A stretch of 64,000 bases of DNA from Scyliorhinus canicula (GCF_902713615.1 NC_052153.1:133713879-133777878); one strand, 5' to 3'. Shown: positions 37,401 to 48,938, counted from the first letter of the stretch. Notes: generated by a model not told the origin, from the sequence alone. Translations and numbers: made by a program.

Positions 37401-38682
37401 ATTGAATGTTTAATAGTATACAGCAAACTTTTAAGGTCTGGACTATACCATCCTCACACACAAGTTATTCTGATAATTCTGGACACCTCAACAAACACTT
37501 GAAATGCTACCAAACTGCCACTTCAGATGATTTATGATGTCATTAATGTCAAGCTATCAGTGGACGAGAGCAGAAGAGACAACAGGAAAGCTGAGTAAAA
37601 ACAAATAGTTTTGATTAAATTCAAGGACATTCAGTACAGCTTTCAGCTAAAAGCATTCATCATCCAAAAGCAGCCCCTGCTTTTATCCCAAATGTACACT
37701 ATAGTACTTCAATGTTTCTGAACAGCTGCTCCTAACAGAGTTCTTAAAGGAGCAGAATATGGTTGTTCTTCCTATGTCCTCTCTTCGCTCTTTAAGTGCA
37801 TTTGTTCATCTTGTTAGTGTGAATACTAGGCAGTTTCTTCAAAGATTTCTCTTACTTGTGTTTGTTTATGATAAATGTACAAGGCATTAAAGGTTTTTAT
37901 GCTATGAACAAGAATGCTACATGTATGCAAAACAGATATAAATTGCTGACGGTAGAAACAATGGAAAAATACATTGCATTAAGAATTATACCATTCACTG
38001 AAACATATTAATTGAAGCAAATTACATAGCCTATCAGAGTTTCGAGGACTGCTTTCTCAGATGATCCAAGCTATACCGTCTGAAGCTGAAGTAATTGAAT
38101 TTGAAAGGCAGTGTTATTTTCATTGTACGATGCACAGAATATAATTTATTTCTTGGTGATCTGCTGCCAAGAAATCTCCCATTATTACTTTGGTACCAGT
38201 CACATAATGCCACATACCTTCAGGTCCTTTAACCCTTATTTTCCTTCATTACTTTTTCATCTATCTCATGCTGACTGTACCACGCCCAACCTGATGCATG
38301 GATAGTACGAAAGTCAAAAGCAAATTTTTATTTTGTTACCAAATGTTATTAAATAATACAAATGTTTGTCACTTAGCTTAAAGTAGTTATTCAATCTTTG
38401 GGTTTTCTCAAGGTTTATAACATCATCAGAACTTCTCAGTTCTATTACTGCTTGAGAACTTACTGCCAGACACACATTATTAGATATGTTTGTGTAAAAT
38501 CATTATACTACATACTGCAAATATATGTCGAAATCATGGGTTAGAGTTTGACCTGGAATCCTACTGTTCAATAAGCTTGATCAAATCAGGCCAAAATGGC
38601 AACAGCCTTGGACTGATAGGGATGTTGATGTACAAAGGTAATTCCCCTTGCTGATATTTGAATTGTGGCATTTAACCCATTA

Positions 38683-38868
38683 CAGGGCTGGTTTAGCACA
38701 GGGCTAAATTGCTGGCTTTGGAAGCAGACCAAGGCAGGCCAGCAGCACGTTTCAATTCCCGTACCAGCCTCCCCGAACAGGCGCCGGAATGTGGCGACTA
38801 GGGGCTTTTCACAGTAACTTCATTTAAAGCCTACTTGTGACAATAAGGGATTTTCATTTCATTTCATT
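38683..38868 (+). mobile_element. tRNA SINE with (TTTCA)n end
   Basis: GGGCTGGTTTAGCACAGGG..TTCAATTCCC head; tail module shared with the 569-878 family. Confidence 0.85.
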
Positions 38869-38878
38869 TGAACAGGTT

Positions 38879-39103
38879 TTTAAATAATAAATTTAGAGTC
38901 CCCAATTAATTTTTTCCAATTAAGGGGCAATTTAGCGTGTTCAATCCACCCACCTTGCACATCTTTGGGTTGTGGGGGCGAAACCCACACAAACACGGGG
39001 AGAATGTGCAAACCCCACACGGACAGTGACCCAGAGCCGGGATCGAACCTGGGACCTCGGCGCCGTGAGACTGTAGTGCTACCACTGTGCCACCGTGCTG
39101 CCC
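38879..39103 (-). mobile_element. Short A-tailed V-SINE
   Basis: TSD TCATTTGAACAGGTT 38864-38878 / 39105-39119. Confidence 0.92.
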
Positions 39104-39169
39104 GTCATTTGAACAGGTTAACGACTCTGCTAAAATAATGGGGAATAAAAATTCAGACTAATACGTTTT

Positions 39170-40560
39170 TAAAAATGAATTTTACATGGTGTGGGCATCA
39201 CTGGCTAGGCCAGCATTTATTGCCAAACCCTAGTTGCCCTAGAGAAGGTAGTGGTGAGCTACCTACTTTAACTGCTGCGGTCCCTGAGGTGTGGGTACAC
39301 GCACTGTGCTATTCGGAAATGAGTTCCAGGATTTTGACCCAGCAATAGTGAAAGAATGACAATATATTTCAAAGTCAGAAAGGTGAGTGGCTTGGAGGGG
39401 TACTTCCTGGTAGTGGTATTCCCAGGTTTCTGCTGCCCTTCTCCTTCTAGATGGTAGGGGTCGTGGGTTTGAACGGTGCTATGTAAGGAGCCTTGGTGAG
39501 TTCCTGCAGTGCATCTTGGATGCACTGCTGCCACTGTTCATCGATGGTGGAGGGAGTGAGTTGAAAGGGTATTTTAAAAAAAATTTAGAGTACCCAATTA
39601 TTTTTTCCAATTACGGGGCAATTTAGGGTGGCCAATCCACCTAACCTGCACATCATTGGACTGCGGGGGTGAACCCAAGCACACAGGGAGAATGTGCAAA
39701 CTCCACAGACAGTGACATGGGTCGGGATGGAACCCTGGTCCTCAGCACCGTAGGCAGCAGTGCTAACCACTGCACCACCGTGCTACCAAGTTGAAAGGGT
39801 ATAAATCAAGCGGGCTGTCTTTTCCAATATGGTGTCAAGCATCTTGTGTGTTGTTGCAGCTGTACTCATCCAGGCAACTGGAGAGTATTCCATTACACTC
39901 CTGACTTGTGCCTTGTAGATGGTGGACAGGCTTGGGGAGTCAGGAAGCGCGTTACTTGCCACAGGATTCCTAACCTCTTACTTGCTCTTGTAACCACAGT
40001 ATTTGTATGGCTACTCCAGTTCAGTTTATGGTCAATGGTAACCTCCAAGATGTTAATATTGTGGGAAATCAGCAATGATAATGCCATTGGATGTCAAAGG
40101 GCGATGGTTAGATCCTCTCTTGTTGGAGATGGTCATTGCCTGGCACTTGTGTGGCGCGAATGATACTTGCCACTTGTCAGCTCAAGCCTGGTTATTTTTC
40201 AGGTCTTGCTGCATGAGGATGTGAACTGTTTCAGTATCTGAGGAGTTTAGCAAATGATGCTGAACATTGTGCAATTCTCAACTGTGCAATCCTCAACGAA
40301 CATCCCCACTTCTGACCTTATGATGGAAGGAAGGTCATTGATGAAGCAGCTGAAGATGATCGGGCCCAGGATGCTACCCTGAGGAACTCCTGTAGTGATG
40401 TCCTGAAACTGAGATGATTGACCTCCAACAAGCACAACCTGCTTCCTTTGAAGCAGGTATGACTCCGGATTCCTATTGACTCCAGTTTTTCTGGGGCTCC
40501 TTGATGCCATACCCGGTCAAATGCTGCCTTGATATCAAGGGCAGTCACACTCACCTCACC
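39170..40560 (-). mobile_element. CR1-group LINE 3' fragment with nested A-tailed SINE (39573-39788)
   Basis: ALDIKAAFDRVWH; GVPQGSILGP.IFSCFINDLP; nested SINE TSD AGTTGAAAGGGTAT 39559-39572 / 39789-39802. Confidence 0.85.
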
Positions 40561-40576
40561 TTAACCATTAATTTCT

Positions 40577-40690
40577 CAGTAAGAAGTCTTACAACACCAG
40601 GTGATTCGAAACAAACCTGTTGGACTTTAACCTGGTGTGGTAAGACTTCTTACTGTGCTCACCCCAGTCCTACACCAGAATGTCCACATT
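40577..40690. mobile_element. Penelope-like inverted pLTR fragment (same family as 6221 and 63030)
   Basis: CAGTAAGAAGTCTTACAACACCAGGT ... ACCTGGTGTGGTAAGACTTCTTACTG inverted arms. Confidence 0.75.
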
Positions 40691-41364
40691 CATTTCTCAG
40701 TATTTTGTATATATTTTCAAGGTCTATGGGTTAAAGGAAAGAACTGCTGGGGCTTCCAAAATACCTGATGATAAAAATGCATTACTTAGTATGGTACTAA
40801 ATCAAGCCAACTATGAAACCCAGGTTCCTCTCTAGTCTATGCTATGTTAACTGACTACTGCCAAAATTCAAGCTACTGCTTGAATAAGCTACTGCTACTG
40901 CTGCGCATTGCCTCAGTATTTATGTGTCTATAGATATAGATAGTTTAATAGAACAGTACAGCACAGAACAGGCCCTTCGGCCCATGATGTTGTGCCAAGA
41001 TGGTAGGGGAGATTGTGTCGTGAAGTAATAAAAAAGGCTAATATTTCTGCTCCTCTTTGCAATCAGTTACTGTTATCAGAAAGTATATATATGATTATTA
41101 GGTTGTTTCTTGGTTGTGCTGGTTCCCTCACATTACCAATTGTCTGCCAAAATTCACTACAAATGTTCACATTTCAAAAATGGTCACTTGGATAAGGTTC
41201 AATACAACTGCTGGTACAGATGGCATGATACCCAATGGAAGCAGAGCTGTCAACATTTGCGAATGTGTGACGTTAGGGCTGGGAATCTCTGTTTGGAAGA
41301 CTGCGTTCTCCCACTGGAGGATAATTACTACTGATTAGAGATTACTCCTGCTGGGATTAATAGG

Positions 41365-42493
41365 AACCCTCCCCCCCCCCCCCCCAGGATCCCTTAACTA
41401 AAGGGCTCCCCAGAGACCCCCAACTAAAGGGACCCCTGACATGGATCCCCTAACCAAAGGGACCCCCCTCCAAAGAGAGTTAAGCACATTCCAATCTCAC
41501 CCTTCATGCTTGAGTGCTTTTGAAGTGCTCAGCTGGAAATTGACAGCACTTAACTCTCTTTGATGTGGTTGATATTTGTAAACATTATAATTACAGCACT
41601 TAAAGTTATTCATCCATGAAGAAGATGAATGAGACAAGACTCACAGGTGGTTTGTGGAAGCTATCAATCACAGCCACTACGAGAAATTAATGAATGTCTT
41701 GCATTTAAAGGATCTGAGGAGTCTAAACACAAGTCACAGCTGTCCTCTTTCCTGGAATTGACACATAGTGCTTCCAGGTGAGTGTCACAAGTTTAATTTT
41801 TTCCACTGCCCCTTTCTGGACTGCTTCCTAGCTTACAGACAGGGATCTCTTTTTTTTTGGGGGGGGGGTGGTCTGTGGGTTGGGGGTATCCCTTTAGTTA
41901 GGGGATCCCTGTGGGGTGCCTCCCAATTTAGGAGGTCTCTATAGGGGTTCCTTTAGTCAGCGAGTCCCTGGAGGACTCTATGAGGGATCTCCCGAGGGGG
42001 ACTCTTTGGGGGATCTTCTTATTTAGGGGATCTCTGGGGCAGAGTTGGCGATGGGGAGATATGGTAGTGGAGAGGTGGACTGGTTGTGCATTGTGATTGG
42101 GGAGATGGTGGTCCTCGGATGGACTTTGGGGGCAACTCCCTTAAGGAGTTATCCCCTTGGCCCATCACGTCGGTTTCACGTATGGTGATACCTGTAGTAA
42201 TCCCCACCCTAATTCCGGTAATTCCCGTCAAGAGGAATGGAGAATCGCAGGAGTCCAGAGAATCTGCTGCCGAGCCCATTAAGTGGATGCAAATCGCTCC
42301 TTAAGACCCATTTGCATCCGTTGGCATGCTCACGCTGTTGTGTGGGCGCAGACCCAGAACCCGCCACCAGAGCGGGGCTGGAATATAGCGGTTGGTTTGA
42401 CGCCCGGCACAAACCTCGATTTCAGCCGGGCGCCTGATTCTCCGCCTGATCGTGATCCACATTGCCAGGGTCGCGAGGCGGTGAATCCAGCCC
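41365..42493. mobile_element. Harbinger-type non-autonomous element with internal inverted repeat arrays
   Basis: Repeated CTAAAGGGACCC-like units at 41390-41470 mirrored at 41880-42030; TIR-like end GAATCCAGCCC. Confidence 0.5.
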
Positions 42494-42861
42494 TCAGTAT
42501 CAGAAATGATACAGATTGCAAAGTTAGTTAAACACAAGGTAAGTTGCTTAAAGAATGAGTTATGTTGAAGTTGATTATATTTTTTAAAACAATATGAGTC
42601 AATCTCACTCTGAATGAATGTTCTAATTCTGAGTATGTGTTAGGAACTTTCAGGAGATGAAAGATTAGTGATTAAAAACCAGAGAAAACATACATGTTGT
42701 TCAAAAGAGAATTGAAATTGCAGTGCTTGTGACTTTAGGTATATGTATCTGATGGATTTGAACACTTTCTGTGGTAAATAGTAGAGTTCTGTCAGTGCAA
42801 ATCCATGCAGGTGTGCATTTTATTTTGATTTTTGTGCCAATTAGCCAAAGATTAAGAACGT

Positions 42862-43439
42862 GTAAAATATTAGCGTGTAAAATTAAAACACATGGGATTG
42901 GGCATAGTGCATTGAGATGGATAGAAAACTGGTTGGCAGACATGAAATAAAGAGTCGGAATTAATGGGTCTTTTTCAAATTGACATGCACTGACTAGTGG
43001 GGTACGACAGGGTTTGGTGCTAGGACGCCAGCTATGCACAATGTATATTAATGATTTAGGTGAGGCAACAAAATGCAATATCTCCAAATTTGCAGATGAC
43101 ACCAAGTTGGGTGGGAGGGTGAGCTGTGAGGAGGATGCAGAGATTATTCAGCGTGATTTGGACAAGTTGAGTGAGTGGGCAAATGAATGGCAGATGCAGT
43201 GTAATTTGGATAAATGTGAGGTTATCCACTTTGGTAGCAAAAACAAGAAGGTAGAATATTATCTGAATGGCCATAAATTAGGAGAGGGGAATGTGCAACG
43301 AGAGCTGGGTGTCCTTGTACACCAGTCACTGAAGGTCAGCATACAGATGCAGCAGGCAGTAAAGAAGGCAAATGATATGTTGGCCTTCATTGCGAGGGCA
43401 TTTGAGTACAGAAGCAGGGATGTCTTGCTGCAATTATAC
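42862..43439 (+). mobile_element. CR1 RT fragment
   Basis: SGVRQG.VLG..L.TMYINDL...SKFADDTKLGG...KCEVIHFG. Confidence 0.9.
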
Positions 43440-44198
43440 ACCAATTCCAACCTACAACAGATCTCCCTCATGCCGTTCCGCGCCCTCTCCCCCTTCCACT
43501 GAGTGATGAGTGGATAACGGAATGGGCGGGGTGCAGGAAGAGAATGGGTGGGAAAGAAGGGAATGTGGGGCGGGTTTCTCCATCGGGATTCTCTGTTTCG
43601 CCAGCTGGTCAATGGGGTTTCCCATTGTGGAGAAGCCCCGTCGGCGGATAATTCAGCCTGAGGTCTCCGGCCTCCACACTGCATCATCAGCCTGGACCTT
43701 AGTGGGTATCCCTTATCCACCAGGAGCCAACCCGTCATCCTGGGATGGTCCTTGAAGATTCCAGGGATCTCCCAGTGTCCCAGGATGTAGCTGTCATGCA
43801 CGCTCCCTGGGTAGCGGGACACACAAGTGCATGATCCGGAGGTGTTGGTCGCACATTCAGGGATTGGAACCCCTTCTTCTTTTTTTTTTAAAATAATTTT
43901 TATTGAAATTTTTCGATACAAACATTTACCCCTACTACATTTTAAATTATAACACAACAAATCCCCCCTGGAAAATCCTCCCCACGCCCTCCCCCGTGCG
44001 CACCCCCCCACCCTTCCCCCCCCCCGCGCTACCAGTCTAGCAACCAAACCGTTTTTCCCTTCTGCCGATGGCCTCGGGCAGTCATTGCCCGCGACCCCCC
44101 GCTGACGTGCTCCCTTCGTTGCTATCCCCCCCCCCCTCCCTTCCCCCCCCCCCCCCCCCCCTTTCTCCCCGGGTTGCTGCTGTTTCGGCCTCCAGTTC

Positions 44199-47100
44199 CT
44201 ATCTCTGATCCAGAAAGTCAAGGAAGGGCTGCCACCGCCGGAAGAACCCCTGTACCGACCCTCTCAGGGCGAATTTGATTCTTTCCAATTGGATGAAGCT
44301 TGCCATGTCGTTTAACCAGGTGTTAACACTTGGTGGCCTTGTGTCCCTCCACTGAATCAAGATCCTTCTCCGAGCTACCAAGGACGCAAAGGCCAATATT
44401 CCGGCCTCCCCTGCCTCCTGTACTCCTGGCTCCACCCCAACCCCAAAAATCGCTAGCCCCCACCCTGGTTTGACCCTGGTTCCCACCACTCTCGATACCG
44501 TCCCCGCCACCCCCTCCCAGAACTCTTCCAGTGCCGGGCACATCCAGAACATATGTACATGGTTCGCAGGGCTTCCCGAACACCTAACACACCTGTCCTC
44601 ACCCCCGAAGAACCGACTCATCCTAGTCCCCGTCATATGGGCTCTGTGCAGCACCTTAAATTGGATGAGGCCCAACCTTGCGCACGACGACGACGAATTG
44701 ACCCTCTCTAAGGCATCCGCCCATGTCCCATCTTCTATCTGCTCTCCCAGCTCCGCTTCCCACTTGTCTTTCAGCTCCTCTATCGATACCTCCTCCACCT
44801 CCTGCATTATTTTGTAGATGTCCGAGACCTTCCCTTCTCCGACCCAGACCCCTGACAGCACCCTATCACTCACCCCTCTATCGGGAAGCAAGGGAAATCC
44901 TGCCACCTGTCGTCTGGCAAATGCCTTCACCTGCAGGTATCTAATCGTGTTCCCCGGGGGGAGCTCAAATTTCTCCTCCAGCTCTCCCAGGCTCGCAAAC
45001 CTCCCCTCTATGAACATGTCCCTCAGTTGCCTGATGCCCGCCCTGTGCCAGCTCTGGAATCCCCCGCCAGTGTTCCCCGGGACAAATCTGTGGTTCCCTC
45101 TCAGTGGCGCCGCCATCAGACCCCCCACTTCCCCCCTGTGTCGCCTCCACTGCCCCCAGATTTTCAGGGTGGCCGCCACTACCGGACTCATGGTATACCT
45201 TGTGGGGGGGAGCGGCCATGGTGCCGTTACTAGCGCCCCCAGGCTTGTATTGCCGCAGGACGCCCTCTCCATACGTTTCCAAGCTGCCCCCTCCCCCTCC
45301 ATCACCCACTTGCGCACCATCGATGCGTTCGCCGCCCAGTAGTATCCGGAAAGATTGGGTAGCGCTAATCCTCCCCTGTCCCTACTCCGTTCCAAGAAAA
45401 TCCTTCTCACTCTAGGGGTGCCATGTGCCCACACATAGCCCATAATGCTGCTAGTTACCTTCTTGAAGAAGGCCCTGGGGAGAAAGATGGGCAAGCACTG
45501 AAACAGAAACAAGAACCTCGGGAGGACCGTCATTTTGACTGACTGCACCCTCCCTGCTAGCGACAGCGGTACCATGTCCCACCTCTTGAACTCCTCCTCC
45601 ATCTGCTCCACCAGCCTTGAAAAGTTCAGCTTGTGGAGGGTCCCCCAGTTCCTTGCCACCTGCACCCCCAAGTACCTGAAGCTCTTTACTGCTCTCTTAA
45701 AGGGGAGCCGCCCAATTCCCTCCCCCTGATCTCCCGGGTGTATCACAAAGACCTCACTTTTACCCACATTTAATTTATATCCCGAAAAGTCCCCAAACTC
45801 CGCTAGTATTTCCATTACCTCCGGCATTCCCCCTTCCGGGTCCGCCACATATAACAACAAATCATCCGCATAGAGTGATACCCGATGTTCCTCCCCTCCC
45901 CTTGTCAGTCCTCTCCACCCCCCTGAACCCCTCAGTGCCATCGCCAACGGTTCGATCGCTAATGCAAATAGTAAGGGGGATAGGGGGCATCCCTGCCTGG
46001 TACCTCGATGGAGCCCAAAATACTCTGACCTCCTCCCGTTTGTAACCACACTCGCCATCGGGGCCGAATACAGCAGCTTCACCCACTTGATAAATCCCTC
46101 CCCAAACCCAAACCGTTCCAGCGTCTCCCACAGGTATTCCCACTCCACCCTATCGAATGCCTTCTCCGCATCCAGTGCTACCACTATCTCAGCCTCCCCC
46201 TCCACTGCTGGCATCATAATCACATTCAACAGTCTCCGGACATTTGTGTTAAGTTGTCGTCCCTTTACGAACCCCGTCTGGTCCTCATGGATTACCCCTG
46301 GCACACAATCCTCTATTCTGGTTGCCAGGACCTTTGCCAACAGTTTGGCATCTACATTCAAGAGGGAGATAGGCCTGTAGGACACGCACTGTACAGGGTC
46401 TTTGTCCCGCTTCAGGATCAAGGAGATCAGGGCCTGTGACATTGTCGGGGGCAGAACCCCCCCCTCTCGCGCCTCATTGAAGGCTCGCACCAGCACTGGA
46501 CCCACCAAGTCCACATACTTCTTATAAAATTCCACCGGGAACCCATCCGGCCCCGGCGCCTTCCCCGCCTGCATCTGGCCTATCCCTTTAACTAGCTCCT
46601 GCAGCTCTATCGGCGCCCCCAGCCCCTCCACCCGTTCCTCCTGGACCTTTGGGAACCTCAATCTATCGAGGAAGTTCTCCATTCCCCCCCTCCTCCTGGG
46701 CGGCTCAGACCGGTACAATTCCCTGTAGAAATCCCTGAAGACCCCGTTCACCTCTTGCCCCTTCTGCACTACGTTCCCTCCCTTCTCTCTCACTCCCCCA
46801 ATCTCTCTGGCTGCATCTCGCTTGCGCAGCTGGTGTGCTAGCATCCTGCTCGCCTTTTCCCCGTACTCATAGACCGCGCCCTGTGCCCTTCTCCATTGCG
46901 TCTCCGCCTTCCTAGTGGTCAGTAGGTCAAACTGGGCCTGTAAACTGCGCCGCTCCCTCAACAGCCCCTCCTCTGGTGTCTCCGCATATCTCCTGTCCAC
47001 TTCTATAAGTTCCCCCACCAGTCTCTCCCTCTCCTGTCTCTCCTTCCTTTCTCTGTGTGCCCTTATGGAGATCAGCTCTCCTCTGATCACTGCTTTCAGG

Positions 47101-48047
47101 GCCTCCCAGACTACCCCCACCTTCACCTCGCCCGTGTCGTTCGTGCCCAGATATCTCTCAATGCCCTTCCGGACCCTTCCGCACACCTCATCGTCCGCCA
47201 GCAGCCCCACATCCAGGCGCCACAACGGGCGCTGGTCCCGTGCTTCCCCCAGTTCTACCTCTACCCAGTGTGGTGCATGGTCCGAAATCGCAATGGCCGA
47301 GTACTCCGTGTCCTGCACTCTCGAAATCAGCCCCCTGCTCAGTACAAAAAAGTCTATTCTGGAGTACACCCTGTGGACGTGGGAGAAAAAAGAATACTCC
47401 CTCGCCATTGGCCTGCCAAATCTCCAAGGGTCTACCCCCCCCATCTGCTCCATGAACCCCCTTAGCACCTCTGCCGCTGCCGGCCTCCTATTCGTCCTGG
47501 AACTCGATCTGTCCAGCCCAGGGTCGAGCACTGTATTGAAGTCCCCCCCCATGATCAGGCCCCCTGCCTCCAGACCCGGAATGAGGCCCAACAGGCGCCT
47601 CATAAAACCCGCGTCATCCCAATTCGGGGCATACACATTCACCAGCACCACATTCTCTCCCTGCAGCCTACCCTTCACCATCACGTACCTACCCTCCTTA
47701 TCTGCTACCACCTGCGCCGCCACGAACGACACCCTCTTTCCCACCAAAATCGCCACCCCCCGGTTCTTTGCGTCCAAGCCTGAGTGGAACACCTGTCCCA
47801 CCCACCCCCTTCTCAGGCGTACCTGGTCTACTACTCTCAAGTGAGTCTCCTGCAACATTGCCACATCCGCCTGCAGTCCCTTTAGGTGTGAAAAAACCCT
47901 TGCTCTCTTGACCGGCCCATTCAGCCCCCTCACGTTCCAAGTAATCAACCGGGTCGCGGAGCGACCTGTCCCTTTCCCCTGTCTATTAGCCATGTCCTGT
48001 CCCCTGTTCGCCCCGGGTCGACCCTCCCCTTCTGACCCGTTCCCCAT
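44199..48047 (-). CDS. L1 ORF2p: APE endonuclease, reverse transcriptase, C-terminal CCHC
   Basis: TWNVRGL, LQETH, NVYAPN, GGDFN, SRIDFF, SDH; PGPDG, YRPISLLN.D.K, DAEKAFD, GTRQGCPLSP, YADD, YLG; C-x2-C-x7-H-x4-C-like knuckle. Alternative start at 47993 (MANRQ). Confidence 0.97.
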   Translation of the reverse strand: MGNGSEGEGRPGANRGQDMANRQGKGTGRSATRLITWNVRGLNGPVKRARVFSHLKGLQADVAMLQETHLRVVDQVRLRRGWVGQVFHSGLDAKNRGVAILVGKRVSFVAAQVVADKEGRYVMVKGRLQGENVVLVNVYAPNWDDAGFMRRLLGLIPGLEAGGLIMGGDFNTVLDPGLDRSSSRTNRRPAAAEVLRGFMEQMGGVDPWRFGRPMAREYSFFSHVHRVYSRIDFFVLSRGLISRVQDTEYSAIAISDHAPHWVEVELGEARDQRPLWRLDVGLLADDEVCGRVRKGIERYLGTNDTGEVKVGVVWEALKAVIRGELISIRAHRERKERQERERLVGELIEVDRRYAETPEEGLLRERRSLQAQFDLLTTRKAETQWRRAQGAVYEYGEKASRMLAHQLRKRDAAREIGGVREKGGNVVQKGQEVNGVFRDFYRELYRSEPPRRRGGMENFLDRLRFPKVQEERVEGLGAPIELQELVKGIGQMQAGKAPGPDGFPVEFYKKYVDLVGPVLVRAFNEAREGGVLPPTMSQALISLILKRDKDPVQCVSYRPISLLNVDAKLLAKVLATRIEDCVPGVIHEDQTGFVKGRQLNTNVRRLLNVIMMPAVEGEAEIVVALDAEKAFDRVEWEYLWETLERFGFGEGFIKWVKLLYSAPMASVVTNGRRSEYFGLHRGTRQGCPLSPLLFALAIEPLAMALRGSGGWRGLTRGGEEHRVSLYADDLLLYVADPEGGMPEVMEILAEFGDFSGYKLNVGKSEVFVIHPGDQGEGIGRLPFKRAVKSFRYLGVQVARNWGTLHKLNFSRLVEQMEEEFKRWDMVPLSLAGRVQSVKMTVLPRFLFLFQCLPIFLPRAFFKKVTSSIMGYVWAHGTPRVRRIFLERSRDRGGLALPNLSGYYWAANASMVRKWVMEGEGAAWKRMERASCGNTSLGALVTAPWPLPPTRYTMSPVVAATLKIWGQWRRHRGEVGGLMAAPLRGNHRFVPGNTGGGFQSWHRAGIRQLRDMFIEGRFASLGELEEKFELPPGNTIRYLQVKAFARRQVAGFPLLPDRGVSDRVLSGVWVGEGKVSDIYKIMQEVEEVSIEELKDKWEAELGEQIEDGTWADALERVNSSSSCARLGLIQFKVLHRAHMTGTRMSRFFGGEDRCVRCSGSPANHVHMFWMCPALEEFWEGVAGTVSRVVGTRVKPGWGLAIFGVGVEPGVQEAGEAGILAFASLVARRRILIQWRDTRPPSVNTWLNDMASFIQLERIKFALRGSVQGFFRRWQPFLDFLDQR

Positions 48048-48938
48048 GGCGATGCCCCCCCCCCCCTCTCTCCTCCCGTTCTTCCCTTCCCGTCCTCGGC
48101 CTTTCCAGCAGCAACCCGGTATCCCCCCCTAACCCCCCTTCCCCCCCCCCCCCCCCCTGGCTAGGACCCCTCCTAGCCGCGGTGTATCCACCATCGTACT
48201 CCCGAGAGTCAGCTGATTTTCGCTGACCCGGCTGCCCCTGCCACACTCCGACTCCTCCCGATGTGGGGGGGGAGGGGCCTCCCCCCCCCCTTGCCATCCC
48301 TCTCTGACCCCGCTTCAGCGCGGGAAAAGCCGCCATTGCTGGCCACACCCCACTCTTCTCTCCTCCCCCTTCCTCCGTCCCGCGCGCGGGAAACAGGGGA
48401 AAGCCCGCGCTTTCGCCCGGCCACACCCTACCCCGCCATCTTCAATTCCACCCCCGTCCCCATCCAAGCCCATAAAAAAGCCCCCTTAAAACGAGAGGAA
48501 GAAAAAAGAGAAAAAGAAAACACGCATAACCAACTTGCACCCCCCCCGTCCCGCCTCCCCAACTTAACAATATAACAATATAAATAACAAATCTCAAATA
48601 AATACATAAATACATAACTATGCCTGCATAACTAAATAACTACCCAATAATAACGTATTTAACCATCACCCTCCATCGAACAGAACAGTAACCATAACCC
48701 TTAAAGAACAGATCAAAAAACAGTAAAAAAGTCCCCCCTACAACAACAATAATTAAGGGAAGTTGGCAACGGGAAGAGACACACAAAAAGGAACAAAGAA
48801 ACCCCCCATAACACAAGTTTCAAAGAAACCAAACGATCCATCAACTTTAACCAAGTTCCGACCTGGCCTAAGAAAGACATGGGCCACTTGATCAGTCAAG
48901 GGTACTCGGGCGGCCTCGACCGCCGGCGTTCCCAAGTT

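Noticed and set aside
43259-44221. 320-aa ORF downstream of ORF2
   Set aside because: Chance read-through across the L1 3' UTR, A tail, Harbinger fossil and CR1 antisense strand; not one gene, though it exposes the Harbinger motifs.
44470-47844. Several long plus-strand ORFs (e.g. 46915-47844, 309 aa) opposite ORF2
   Set aside because: Antisense shadows of ORF2 with no domain motifs.
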